Positions 12,318 to 21,643 of a stretch of 64,000 nucleotides of DNA are shown in pieces. Position 1 is the first letter of the stretch, and each line of letters begins with the position of its first letter. This DNA comes from an uncultured Oscillospiraceae bacterium (GTDB taxonomy: Bacteria; Bacillota; Clostridia; Oscillospirales; Oscillospiraceae): contig CANRFA010000003.1 in assembly GCA_947629775.1 (NCBI GenBank), positions 48,098-112,097 of the forward strand. The letters are read 5' to 3'. The position numbers were made by a program, and so were the translations under genes. The notes below the pieces were generated by a model. The model had not been told where the DNA came from. It searched no databases and was given only the letters and a program-made list of their open reading frames with translations.

Positions 12318-13114
12318 GCTCCGTCCCTCCCTGACAGATACCTCTCTTCCCGTTGCCGCAGCCAGGCCCAATCCCGGACAAGGCCCTCCACGTCTGCGGC
12401 TTTGTACTCCAACGTCAGAACGGCTTCCGGGGTATGCCGGACCGCTTCCTCCAGGAAGGTCTCCCAGCAGATTCCCCCGGGCACCCTCTCGGATATGGAC
12501 AGGTGGCGGTCCTCCACGCCGTTGTTGTCATGGATGTGGTACTCCAGAATCCGCCCTCCCAGGGTCCGCTGCATATTGGCGAGATCAAAGCCCTCCACAT
12601 GGGCGTGGCCCGTATCCAGCACGCAGCTCAGGTCCGGCTGCGCCTGAAAGAGGGCCGGAAAGTCCTCCGGGCCGAAGAGGGCCAAGCCGCTCATAGGCAC
12701 GTTCTCCACCAGCAGGAGGACTCCCTCCTCCCGGCAGAAGCGGCTGGCCTCCGCCAGGCGACATCCCGCCTGTTCCCGGCGGTGTCTCTGCTCCTCCTCC
12801 GTTCCCCGGGCAGAGGCGGGAACGTTGGTATGGACGATGTACCGGGAAGCTCCAAAGCGATGATACAGACGGAAGGATTCCCGCAGCCGCCGATAGAGAC
12901 TCTCTTCCGTCTCTTCTCCGGCAAAGTCCAGGTCAGATGGCCCGTGGATGCCCAGACTGCCTGTACGCCCTTCCAGAAGTTCCGGCAGCAACGCCGCCCA
13001 GAAGGCCTCGCCGCCCCGCTCGAAGAAGATCTCGATCCCCAGCTCCGGCGGCAGAGTTCCCATCTCCCGCTCCCGGCCTCCGGAAAAGGGCAGCGAACTG
13101 ACCGCAAACTCCAT
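12314..13114 (-). CDS. Sugar-phosphate isomerase/epimerase (xylose-isomerase-like TIM barrel)
   Basis: LLVENVP, LDTGHAH, EYHIHDNNG..DRHL and LTLE. Confidence 0.8.
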   Translation of the reverse strand: MEFAVSSLPFSGGREREMGTLPPELGIEIFFERGGEAFWAALLPELLEGRTGSLGIHGPSDLDFAGEETEESLYRRLRESFRLYHRFGASRYIVHTNVPASARGTEEEQRHRREQAGCRLAEASRFCREEGVLLLVENVPMSGLALFGPEDFPALFQAQPDLSCVLDTGHAHVEGFDLANMQRTLGGRILEYHIHDNNGVEDRHLSISERVPGGICWETFLEEAVRHTPEAVLTLEYKAADVEGLVRDWAWLRQREERYLSGRDGA

Positions 13115-13262
13115 CCGGCACACATCCTTCCCGCCGGCTGGCCGGCGCTCCGGCCCCGGCCGGTAACTTTTCCGCTTCTTCCCGGCTGTCATCCGTCCCA
13201 ATCCCGGACATACTATCCCTGCCCGTCCCATGGACGGAACTGAGGAGAAGGAGCGTGGAGCG

Positions 13263-13430
13263 ATGAACGGCAGGCAGGCCCAGCAGATCCGGGAAGACGC
13301 GGTGGTCCGGACCTACGTGGACATCAGCAAGCGGGTCAACGGTTCCCTGGAGGACACCGTGGCCCTGGTGCAGGAAGACCTTGGCTACGCCCCGGAGGAC
13401 GCCCGGCAGCGGGTAGTCCGCATCTGGTAG
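13263..13430 (+). CDS. Small hypothetical protein
   Basis: GGAG RBS; 55-aa ORF. Confidence 0.45.
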   Translation: MNGRQAQQIREDAVVRTYVDISKRVNGSLEDTVALVQEDLGYAPEDARQRVVRIW

Positions 13431-13789
13431 AATCCCTCATGGCGGGTCAGAGCGTGCTCTGGCCCGCTTTTTCTGTCCTGGACCTGTTCCTCTCCGCCGG
13501 AAACCAGAGAGATCGAACAGACCATCCTCTAGCGCTCCTGTCCACACCCCCGGACATCTCCTGTATTTTACCCGGATCCACAGACCCGCGCAAGCCCTGA
13601 TTCCGGCTCCCGGACCGTTCTTTTCCTGCCGCACAATCCCACCGCTTTTCGTTCCCGGCCGGAATGTACAAAAGGCGCCAGGTTCCGGCCGGACGCCTTC
13701 CGTATTCTCCCGCGGGAGACAGATGTACATCTTTTCCTGGCGGAGGCCCCGGACGCGAGGTCCCCTGTCCGGTCCCTCCGGCACCCTCC

Positions 13790-15370
13790 TCAGCTCTCTT
13801 GAGGGGCCTCCTTCGCCTGCGGACTGCCGGAGAAGCAGCGGCGCAGCAGATACACCGGGGTACAGCTCCAGGCATGGCAGAAGCTGTTGACGATGAGGCC
13901 TCCGTAGGGGGAGCCATCCGGATGGGCGGGATCCCAGGCCTCCCAGAAGGTGTCCGCTCCCGCCTCCAGCATGCCGCCCCAGTAGTCCCGGATCACGGCC
14001 AGGGCCTTCTCCGCCAGACCGGCCTGCAGCAGAGCGGAGACATAGTAGTGGTGCATGTAGGGGGTCTGCATGGGGAAGTTCTCCAGAATGGCGTCCGAGC
14101 GCTCCATCACATCCCGGGCCTCCTCCGGCTTCAGGACCCCCGCCAGGATCATCCACACCTGGCTGGCGATGGAGATCTGCCCGCCGGAGACAAAGAAGCC
14201 CTGCTCCGGATCCCAGAAGGTCTCCCGGGCGCCGTGCTCCAGCCGCTCTGTCAGGACGGTCAGGTCCGCTTCCCGCTCCCGGTCTCCCATGCGCCGGGCC
14301 AGATTCCGGCCATGGCGGGCGGCATAGAGGAGGATCGCCTGGGCGCAGGCCCGCTTGTCCAGGCCGTCGCACCAGTCCACGAAGGTGGCCTCTCCGTCCT
14401 CCGGCCTGGGCAGAATCCCGTCCGTAAAGCGGGCGCGGATCAGATCAATCTGCTCCATGGCCGCGGGATAGAGATCCTCCAGGGTCTCCGGATCGTCCCG
14501 CTCCTCCAGATACTCCTCCAGGGCCACCGGGAAAAAGAGGGAGTAATCCAGCAGCCAGGTGTCGTCCGCCTCGGGCGCGGGCTTCGTAAAGACGCATGCG
14601 CTGATCCGTCCGTCCGGAAAGCGGGTGCCCGCGAAGAGGTACAGGCAGCGGCGCACCAGATCCAGGCTGCGGAAGCTGGCGTAGCTGGCCAGGGCCTGCA
14701 GGCGCAGATCCCCCATCCACAGCCGCTGGTCCCGCTTGGGCCCGTCCTCGAAGATCTCCTGGGTGCAGTCCGCCAGGGTGCGCAGACCGGCCCGGTCGAT
14801 GCGCTCCAGCAGTCCGTCCCCGATGGACAGCGGGGTCACCTGGCTCAGGTCCGCGGAGGACTCCGTCACACAGCGGACCTCCTGCAGAAGGAGGCGGTAC
14901 TTCGGGGAGGTATCCAGCACCTCCAGCTCCAGAAAGCGGAAGGCGCAGCGGCGGGGCAGGTCCACCCGGGCCGGCAGTTCGTCCACCCGCAGTGTTTCCT
15001 CCTGAATCCAGCTGCGGGAAACCCAGCCGTGGTAGGCTTTGGGATCCTCCTCCAGCTCCCGGCGGATCTCCGCCAGGCGCACCTGGAAGAGAGCCGGCGC
15101 GTCCGGATGGCTGCCGGAGCTGCCCAGCGACAGGGTAATCCGCCCCACCATATGGGTCCCGAAATCCAGACAGATCCGGTCTCCAGGTCCCAGAGGCCGC
15201 CGGGGCAGTTCTTCCAGGGAAACGGGACGGTCTCCCGTCTCCTCCCGCACAAAGGCCTCCATGGGGCCCGCCACCCGGTAGTGAAGGACAGGGCGCAGCT
15301 GCTCCGCCTTCCCCAGAAGCCGAGGGTCGTTTTTCGGGGTGAATCCTTCAATCCTCTGAATCAGTTCCAT
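13790..15370 (-). CDS. Alpha-L-rhamnosidase (GH78-type)
   Basis: LDFG, EDGPKRDQRLWMGD, TFWEAW and SFCHAWS. Confidence 0.85.
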   Translation of the reverse strand: MELIQRIEGFTPKNDPRLLGKAEQLRPVLHYRVAGPMEAFVREETGDRPVSLEELPRRPLGPGDRICLDFGTHMVGRITLSLGSSGSHPDAPALFQVRLAEIRRELEEDPKAYHGWVSRSWIQEETLRVDELPARVDLPRRCAFRFLELEVLDTSPKYRLLLQEVRCVTESSADLSQVTPLSIGDGLLERIDRAGLRTLADCTQEIFEDGPKRDQRLWMGDLRLQALASYASFRSLDLVRRCLYLFAGTRFPDGRISACVFTKPAPEADDTWLLDYSLFFPVALEEYLEERDDPETLEDLYPAAMEQIDLIRARFTDGILPRPEDGEATFVDWCDGLDKRACAQAILLYAARHGRNLARRMGDREREADLTVLTERLEHGARETFWDPEQGFFVSGGQISIASQVWMILAGVLKPEEARDVMERSDAILENFPMQTPYMHHYYVSALLQAGLAEKALAVIRDYWGGMLEAGADTFWEAWDPAHPDGSPYGGLIVNSFCHAWSCTPVYLLRRCFSGSPQAKEAPQES

Positions 15371-15415
15371 GTTCGTTTCCTCCTGACTGCAGACAGACAT
15401 ACATTAAGCTGCGAC

Positions 15416-15444
15416 AGTATAGCCTCCCGCCCCGGATCTGTCAA
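15416..15444 (-). promoter_or_regulatory. Promoter of the rhamnosidase gene
   Basis: TTGACA-N17-TATACT. Confidence 0.65.
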
Positions 15445-15526
15445 CCGTTCCCCGGAATCTGTGCGCTCGAAAAGCGGCCCGCCCCACGAAAACCGGGGAC
15501 GGGCCGCCGACGAACGGAACAGAGGC

Positions 15527-15841
15527 TTACATGATCTTGCGGAACAGCGCCTTGAAGTCCTCCACGCTGGCCTCCTTGGGGTTGCCGGGGGCGCAGGCGT
15601 CCGCGGCGGCGGACTGGGCCAGGAACTCCAGATCCTCTTCCTTCAGCTTCTCCAGCTTCGTGGGGATCCCCACGTCCACGGACAGCTGACGGACGGCGTC
15701 GATGGCGGCCTTGCGGTAGGCGGCCTGGTCCATGCCGGTGGTATCCACGCCCATGGCCTCCGCGATATACTTGAACTTGTCGCCGGTGGCATCCTGGTTG
15801 TACTCCATGACGATGGGCAGCATCATGGCGCAGGCGACGCC
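15527..15841 (-). pseudogene. fucO: 3' fragment of an iron-containing alcohol dehydrogenase (lactaldehyde reductase-like), cut off by the prophage
   Basis: GVACAMMLPIVMEYN...DACAPGNP matches the Fe-ADH C-terminus. The codon before Gly (15842-15844) is TAA where the His of the HG motif is expected. Confidence 0.8.
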
Positions 15842-15901
15842 TTATGTTAATTTGTGCAACGTCCGGCCCACTCCAAAACCGGCAGGCCAGCCCTGAGAGG
15901 C

Positions 15902-15930
15902 AGTATATAGCCTGACCGCCCGGATGTCAA
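15902..15930 (-). promoter_or_regulatory. Outward-facing promoter at the prophage end
   Basis: TTGACA-N17-TATACT about 60 bp from the junction. Confidence 0.65.
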
Positions 15931-15948
15931 GAAAGGAGACCACCCACG

Positions 15949-16146
15949 TCAGGCGGTCTCCTTTTGCTTTCCATGTTCAACGGTGAACTCCGCTTTCCCC
16001 AGATACAGCTCGTTCATCAGGGTTACGGCCAACCACTGCCCAAACTCTTTCCGCTCCTCCTCCGTCAGGTCCTCTACTCTGGTGGTCCCTCCATCGGAAG
16101 TCCTGACGTAACGGGAGACGGTGATCTGCTCCTGGCCTCGCTTCAT
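15949..16146 (-). CDS. Phage hypothetical protein
   Basis: ORF track; protein-like composition. Confidence 0.6.
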   Translation of the reverse strand: MKRGQEQITVSRYVRTSDGGTTRVEDLTEEERKEFGQWLAVTLMNELYLGKAEFTVEHGKQKETA

Positions 16147-16202
16147 ACGCCTGCCACCCCCTATACTGACGGGGCTGCGGAGAACCCGCAGCCCCCTCCG
16201 GT

Positions 16203-16391
16203 TTACTCGGCCCTGTCCAGGTCTCCCTTATCCAGCAGCACGCAGGCCCGCTCGATGAGGTCCTGGAGTACGTAGAGCATTCCGGCGGGCATGGGTCCCA
16301 TTTCGGAGATATACGCCTTCAGGGTCGCATCGATCACCGCTTGCGCTTCATTCATGAGGTTCAGAGCCTCTTCCATGGACTCGTTCATCAT
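16203..16391 (-). CDS. Phage hypothetical protein
   Basis: ORF track; GGAG RBS. Confidence 0.6.
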   Translation of the reverse strand: MMNESMEEALNLMNEAQAVIDATLKAYISEMGPMPAGMLYVLQDLIERACVLLDKGDLDRAE

Positions 16392-16714
16392 ATGCCATCG
16401 CTCCGCTCATTCGTAGTATAGGTCGTGTATGCGTTGACGGAAGCACAACGGGCGTCTCTACCTCTGCTCTCCAGATAGTGCCAGCATCTGACGGTTCCCT
16501 GTGTTTGCCGTCTCCTCCCTTGAGGTTTTTGCCTTCCGCTTCCGCACAGTTTATCATATATCTGATGTACCGGCGCAGGAGAAGCGCTGTTGGAAGGACA
16601 CACGGAGCCCAGGCCCGCAGAAGCGGGCACCGCCGTACAATCGCAATACACACGACCTCTTCGCCGTGATAATACAGAGCTGCATGATACGCAGGCCCCA
16701 GCCCGCAGAATCAT
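16388..16714 (-). CDS. Possible Cys-containing hypothetical protein
   Basis: CVSC and CDC; ATGA overlap with the next gene; lies downstream of the promoter at 16759. Confidence 0.35.
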   Translation of the reverse strand: MILRAGACVSCSSVLSRRRGRVYCDCTAVPASAGLGSVCPSNSASPAPVHQIYDKLCGSGRQKPQGRRRQTQGTVRCWHYLESRGRDARCASVNAYTTYTTNERSDGI

Positions 16715-16758
16715 GCCCGCTCTTCCCGGTGGGAAGGTACTTCCCACCCTACGGCAAC

Positions 16759-16787
16759 AGTATAGCTTCGAATTGGCAATTTGTCAA
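16759..16787 (-). promoter_or_regulatory. Promoter with box A operator overlapping the -35
   Basis: TTGACA-N17-TATACT; TTGGCAATTTGTCAA at 16773-16787; perfect TTGGCATTTTGCCAA at 16829-16843. Confidence 0.7.
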
Positions 16788-16887
16788 TCTGTAATATCAC
16801 AGTTTTCACGCCGTTCTCTCCTGCCTGATTGGCATTTTGCCAATACGGAAAGGCAGGTCTCCCCGCCTTTCCGTATTTCTCCCCCGG

Positions 16888-17067
16888 CTAAAAGCGCCCC
16901 TGCTCCCTGCACCAGTCCTGGTACTGCTCCTCCTCCCTGGCCCGGACGAGCTCCTCCAGCTCCGGCTCGTCCAGCCAGTTCATCTCCTCCTCCGTGCAGT
17001 ACATAGCCAGGTACCTGTACCGGCTGATGTACATGTCCAGCTCCATATCCGTCATCCTGAAGTTCAT
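16888..17067 (-). CDS. Small acidic phage protein (59 aa)
   Basis: Manual translation MNFRMTDMELDMYISRY...EQGRF; GAAAGGGG RBS. Confidence 0.65.
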   Translation of the reverse strand: MNFRMTDMELDMYISRYRYLAMYCTEEEMNWLDEPELEELVRAREEEQYQDWCREQGRF

Positions 17068-17103
17068 GTTACCATTCCCCTTTCTTTCAGACCCTGGGGC
17101 TGC

Positions 17104-17256
17104 TTACGCAGCCCCCGCCGGGATGTTGTAGGTCCAGGTGCAGCCCGCCATGAGGAGCGCCTCCTGGTAGTTGTCCAGGCTCTCCTGGTACTCCAGCTCG
17201 TCCCGTTCGCGCCTGTCCTCCAGGGTGGCTTCCAGGGTGTTGTAATCGTAGTTCAT
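17104..17256 (-). CDS. Small acidic cassette protein
   Basis: MNYDYNTLEATLEDRRERDELEY; conserved hairpin-RBS leader. Confidence 0.7.
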   Translation of the reverse strand: MNYDYNTLEATLEDRRERDELEYQESLDNYQEALLMAGCTWTYNIPAGAA

Positions 17257-17316
17257 TGTTACCTTCCTTTCTGCCCCGGTGGGGCGTCCGTGTTTCCTGT
17301 TTCCTTCGATGATGGG

Positions 17317-17345
17317 ATTATAACTCTGACCGCCCTTCCTGTCAA
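17317..17345 (-). promoter_or_regulatory. Cassette promoter
   Basis: GGGG-TTGACA-N17-TATAAT; box A at 17397-17411. Confidence 0.8.
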
Positions 17346-17444
17346 CCCCAAAAAGCAACTTTTTCAAAAAATTTTCAAGCGCTTATCGCCTTTTCAATGG
17401 CAATCCGCCAACCGCAGGGGTGGGTCCTGCCCGCCGGGGGTATG

Positions 17445-17681
17445 TCACAGGCCCGGCTTCAGCGCTACCCGGATCCCGAAGAACTGGAACCCGGCTCCGT
17501 CCATTTCCTCGCCGAACTCCCTGGCAATGGCGGGCAGGTCCGTTCCCGGCGCTACCAGAATCTCCACCAGGTCCCCTTCTGCCCGTACTCCCGTAAACTC
17601 CGTGGCCGGCGCTATCCACTGTATGTTGCGCACGACGTTTCCTGTATCGAGGAGCTTCTGAGCCAGCTCCATGCCGTTCAT
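17445..17681 (-). CDS. Phage hypothetical protein
   Basis: GGGAGG RBS; ORF track. Confidence 0.65.
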   Translation of the reverse strand: MNGMELAQKLLDTGNVVRNIQWIAPATEFTGVRAEGDLVEILVAPGTDLPAIAREFGEEMDGAGFQFFGIRVALKPGL

Positions 17682-17845
17682 ATCCGTTACCTCCCTGTAT
17701 GGCCGTCCGGTCCGCCGACGCCCCCAGGTCCTGGAGGCCCGGCGGTTCCCGTCTATTCAGCTGTCTGCTGTTTTCGGCCTCTTATGTTTCCACCCCTGGT
17801 CATTATGGCGAAGCCCCGTCGCCGTACAGCGACGGGGTGAAATGC

Positions 17846-18025
17846 TCAGACCCAGGAGATCTCCAGGTACGTGTTCTCGCCCACCTGGGTCCTGTAGTTC
17901 TCCTTGCCTTCCTTTTTCATCGCCCGGACGGCAGCCCGGAGAGCAGGGTCGCCCACTTTTTCGATCGCTTCCTTACGGAGGATCCGGCGGGTTTCCCCGT
18001 TCTCTGTCCAATAGTAACGAACCAT
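17846..18025 (-). CDS. Small basic phage protein (59 aa)
   Basis: Manual translation MVRYYWTENGETRRIL...LEISWV; promoter TTGATA-N17-TAGAAT at 18058-18086. Confidence 0.6.
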   Translation of the reverse strand: MVRYYWTENGETRRILRKEAIEKVGDPALRAAVRAMKKEGKENYRTQVGENTYLEISWV

Positions 18026-18169
18026 CTATGTTTCCATCCTTTCTTTTGTGTTCGTACATTCTACTCCGTTGGAGCTGATTTATCAACCCCATTTAAAAAT
18101 ATGTCTTCCGCCGGCCTGCGCAGCCCCCGCTGTTTTCACGCACCAGGGGCTGTCAGCCTGACGAGGCCA

Positions 18170-18394
18170 TTACATCTCCCGGATGGCTCTGGGGGTATGC
18201 ATACCAGCCTGGAGCATGGCCCTGAGTACTCTGTCCTGGTCTTCCGTGCAGAGGCCAAGGGCTGCCAGGTTCTCCCGGACAGAGCAGGAAAAGCAGACCT
18301 CTTCGCCGGTAACCCGGCCTCTGACGGTAGGACCCCAGGTGTAATAGCCACACCTGGGGCACTGCCAGAAGGTGGAGATGCGAGGTTCAGCCAT
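18170..18394 (-). CDS. Small zinc-finger-like phage protein
   Basis: CPRC...CFSC; coupled to the GGCT gene. Confidence 0.65.
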   Translation of the reverse strand: MAEPRISTFWQCPRCGYYTWGPTVRGRVTGEEVCFSCSVRENLAALGLCTEDQDRVLRAMLQAGMHTPRAIREM

Positions 18395-18851
18395 TGACTG
18401 CCACCCCCAGATCTCTTCCTCTTTCCCCCATATGCTTGAAGGAGTGCTCCACGGCCTTCCAGATGGCGTCCGGGTTGAATCCCATGTTGCGATACCCCTC
18501 CAGGCAGACAGCTACGTATCCCCGGCTGGGCGGTGCGATCTCCCGGTCCTCGTGCATGATATAGGCGAAGCAGTGCAGCTTGCCTACCCGGATATCCTGT
18601 TTGTAGTAGAACCGGGGGTAGCCCTCGTACCGGTCCAGGTTCCGCTCATCCTCCTCCGTAACCTGCCAGATGGCGACCGGAACCCGCCCGTCCCGCTGGC
18701 GCTCGATGGTCAGATAGCTGCCCGTCATGCTCCCCCGGAACCGCAGGGTCCAGCCCCGCAGGGTAGCCCCCCGGATCAGCCTCGCCCCCGGGCACCGGTA
18801 GGCCATCTGCTCCAGGTTCAGGTTGCTTCCGTATGCGATATAGTATTTCAT
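18387..18851 (-). CDS. Gamma-glutamylcyclotransferase (AIG2-like) family protein
   Basis: YIAYGSNL, RCPGA and LDRYEGYP motifs. Confidence 0.88.
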   Translation of the reverse strand: MKYYIAYGSNLNLEQMAYRCPGARLIRGATLRGWTLRFRGSMTGSYLTIERQRDGRVPVAIWQVTEEDERNLDRYEGYPRFYYKQDIRVGKLHCFAYIMHEDREIAPPSRGYVAVCLEGYRNMGFNPDAIWKAVEHSFKHMGERGRDLGVAVNG

Positions 18852-18906
18852 TGTTACCTTCCTTTCTCCCCCGCACCGGGGGCGTCCCTTCGTTTTTGAC
18901 GATGTG

Positions 18907-18935
18907 ATTATAACTCCATCAGCGTTATCTGTCAA
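18907..18935 (-). promoter_or_regulatory. Cassette promoter
   Basis: GGGG-TTGACA-N17-TATAAT; box A at 18985-18999. Confidence 0.8.
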
Positions 18936-19035
18936 CCCCGTTTGTGGATTTTTTGAAAAAAGTTTTTTGCCCTTTCCGTTTCCGCTGGCGGATTGCCAAC
19001 CCGGAGGCGTGATGTCTCCGGGTTGGCAGGGTATC

Positions 19036-19371
19036 TCAGAGGTTCCGGATAGAAGCCATGTAGTTCCGGTTCTTTTCCATGAGGAAGTTGTACCGCTCCC
19101 GGAAGGCGGGCGCCAGGGGGTGGTTGATGCGCTCCAGGGTCCGGGTCATCTTGTACTGGGACAGGTACCAGTAGGCGTAGGAGCCTCCCGTGATGAAATC
19201 CGGGATGATCCAGGTGGAGACGAACTCGCCCGCCGGGTCCGCCTTGGCGAGCCTGTAGAAGTCCCGCTGGTATTGGGTGGTCCCCCGGTAGTTCGTGGAG
19301 CCCCAGGGGCCGTCCGGGTACTCCTTCAACTCCTTGCTCCTCATTTCCCGGCTGATGTCGTAGGCCTTCAT
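19036..19371 (-). CDS. Cassette protein, paralogue of 29706-30065
   Basis: Shares the KMT..LE...HPLAPAFR.RYN motif. Confidence 0.75.
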   Translation of the reverse strand: MKAYDISREMRSKELKEYPDGPWGSTNYRGTTQYQRDFYRLAKADPAGEFVSTWIIPDFITGGSYAYWYLSQYKMTRTLERINHPLAPAFRERYNFLMEKNRNYMASIRNL

Positions 19372-19434
19372 ATTGTTACCGTCCTTTCTGCCCCCTTAAG
19401 GGGCGGTCCGTGTTTCCCTTCGTTTGATAATGGG

Positions 19435-19463
19435 ATTATACCTCTGAAGGCTGTTTCTGTCAA
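19435..19463 (-). promoter_or_regulatory. Cassette promoter
   Basis: TTGACA-N17-TATAAT; box B variant at 19484-19502; perfect box A at 19516-19530. Confidence 0.8.
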
Positions 19464-19657
19464 CCCGGTTCCGTAACTTTTTTCTATGAATCTTTTGCAT
19501 AGGTTTCTACCCGCTTTGGCAACTCGCCAACCCCCGAGGAGATCGCAGGCCTGCCCATCCTCCTGGGATTTATCGGAAAACCGTCCGTGACCCTCCGATA
19601 AACTGCCGGGCCTGGGTGTGACTGCCACCAGGTCCGGAACGATCCAGTACTGGGCCC

Positions 19658-19696
19658 CCGGCGTGCCGACGCTTCCAGATGCTCCCAATCCTGACT
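19658..19696 (+). repeat. 39-bp inverted repeat, left copy
   Basis: 34 of 39 bases match the reverse complement of 26165-26203 by manual alignment. Confidence 0.8.
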
Positions 19697-19879
19697 GATA
19701 CGGTCCATCTCCAGTTCCTGGATGGGGGTTACTGGCAGTATCTCCGCAGACACCCAGGGCTGGACCCCGGCGTCGCAGCGCTTCCAGTATTTGTAACTGA
19801 TTGCAGTTAAACCCTTTTTCTCGGGAGAGGGTCCAGGAATGGGTGTTGATGGGTTATTACCAACCAGAACCCATCGATT

Positions 19880-20465
19880 GGTGATACTGGAGGGATTGTA
19901 AGTAGCACCCATATAGCTCTGTTACTGGAGATATTCCATGATAATACCGGTTATGGGTGTACATGGACAATGTATAATATGGCTCCAGTCATGGGTTATC
20001 CTGGCTTTGATAGGTTTTCAACCCTGTTCTGGAGGTTACTGGACCATATGTAAATCAGATTGGAATATGGGTTGAACTGGAGCCATTGTAAATCAGGTCG
20101 CTTTCTGGGTGACACTGGAGAGAATGGAAATTCGGAAAGAATACGGGTTATGCTGGAGTCAATGGAAATCAGGTGACAATATGGGTAGAGCTGGCCTGAA
20201 TGTCATCAGCCTCCGGATTCGTTTTATCCTGGGTATCCTGGTATTCCAACCCATCAACGGGTGTTTACAGCTATCCTGGGTTTATAACCCATTATCGGAC
20301 CTTTATAGCCGTATTGGGCGTAATACCCATTATCGGGTTCTCGACCCATCACCGGGTGATTATAGCCATTTTGGGTTTGTAACCCATCACCGGGTTCCCA
20401 TGGCTGTTTTGGGTCTGCAACCCATTAACGGGTGATTATAGCCATCTTGGGTTGGATACCCATAT
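19880..20465. repeat. Degenerate 38-bp tandem array
   Basis: CTGGAG-like motif at 19887, 19925, 19963 ... 20229 in 38-bp steps, then about five 38-bp units containing TGGGT-N5-ACCCA. Confidence 0.75.
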
Positions 20466-20582
20466 TGAAAGCGGGTTGGGTGGACTGTCAGAAAGGCCCA
20501 TTTTCAGGGGCGATGGGTGTGAGCGGACGAACTGTAAATCGGACCCATCCAAAAGGCGGATGGGTTTATCTGGACAACGTGT

Positions 20583-20610
20583 AAGGGGGACCCAAGCGGG
20601 TCCCCCTTTT
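20583..20610. terminator. Intrinsic terminator downstream of the amidoligase
   Basis: GGGGGACCC/GGGTCCCCC stem flanked by AA and TTTT. Confidence 0.6.
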
Positions 20611-20645
20611 GTCGTTCCTGTTTTGTCCCCCCCTAGGGGGCTTCC

Positions 20646-21584
20646 TTACATGGAAGCCGCCTGGGTCTGCTGGAGGGAAATGGTGGGCAGGTTCCGGGTC
20701 ATGTGGTACATGGCGTTCTTAAAATCCTCCCCTTCGAACCCGTACCGCCGGAGCCACGCCCGCATGGTATCCCGGGGGCGGTTCGTGGTACAGGGGCTGG
20801 GCGTGGTATTGCGGGCGTATACGCTACCGCATACCATAGCAAGGGAAAACAGCACCCACGCCTTTACCATGCCCGCATGGAGCCCGTTTTTCTTGCCGTT
20901 CCCGGGTTCCTCAAAGTTGAACAGCCGGAACTCAATGGTTCCTTTTGTGAAAAGGGCGTGGAGGTTAACCATATGGTAACGGCTGGGATTGTAGTGTGCG
21001 GTCCGGGGCGTGTAGTGGTAGTTGGCGTACCACAAGTCGCTCACTTCTGCCAGGGACTGGGGGAAGTCCTTGTTCATACCCTCCAGGAAGTCCCTGTCCG
21101 CCCGGGCACAGTAGGTCATCCGGCTTTCCGGAATTCCGATGGCAGTAACTAACAGTTCCTCGTGGCACGCCATCGTATTGGAGAGGTTGCGAATGTCAGT
21201 TGGTCCCAGGTTTTTCCCGTCAATGTGAACGTGTACCCCGCAGCCGTTGGAGGCATAGGACTGCGCCCCCGCGCCCCGGAGGGCACGGATGACTTTCTGG
21301 AGGGTATCCATATCCTGGAGGTACAGGGGAGGCGTTGCCATTTCGCAGCCCCCGCTGTAATCGAGGTCGTGGAGGCTTGCGTCAGACATGAAGCTCCACT
21401 CGCGCCCCTGGGGGTCCGTCACCGCCCACCGGTCGTAGCTGGGTCCCGCATAGCGGACGGTCCCGCCCAACACGTCCCGGGCGACGTTTGCAGCCTTGTC
21501 CCGGGCGATGCCCGTCATTTCAATTTCCACGCCATAGGTGCGGTCCAGCATATCACGCTGGATTTTCATGGAGAGGTTCGTCAT
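20646..21584 (-). CDS. Putative amidoligase (Amidoligase_2 / COOH-NH2 ligase type)
   Basis: YGVEIEM, SDASL, CEMATPPL, CGVHVHI and KGTIEFRLF. Confidence 0.88.
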   Translation of the reverse strand: MTNLSMKIQRDMLDRTYGVEIEMTGIARDKAANVARDVLGGTVRYAGPSYDRWAVTDPQGREWSFMSDASLHDLDYSGGCEMATPPLYLQDMDTLQKVIRALRGAGAQSYASNGCGVHVHIDGKNLGPTDIRNLSNTMACHEELLVTAIGIPESRMTYCARADRDFLEGMNKDFPQSLAEVSDLWYANYHYTPRTAHYNPSRYHMVNLHALFTKGTIEFRLFNFEEPGNGKKNGLHAGMVKAWVLFSLAMVCGSVYARNTTPSPCTTNRPRDTMRAWLRRYGFEGEDFKNAMYHMTRNLPTISLQQTQAASM

Positions 21585-21643
21585 TGTTGCCATTCCTTTC
21601 TGCCCCCGTGGGGGGCGGTCCGTGTTCCCTGTTTACGTTGTAC

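Noticed and set aside
16829-16843. Eukaryotic NF-I site (TTGGC-N5-GCCAA)
   Set aside because: The consensus is the same, but the context is a bacterial prophage promoter, so it is treated as a coincidental match to a phage operator.
15842-17000. Integrase or recombinase at the attachment site
   Set aside because: Only short ORFs are present, with no tyrosine or serine recombinase motifs; it presumably lies at the other end.
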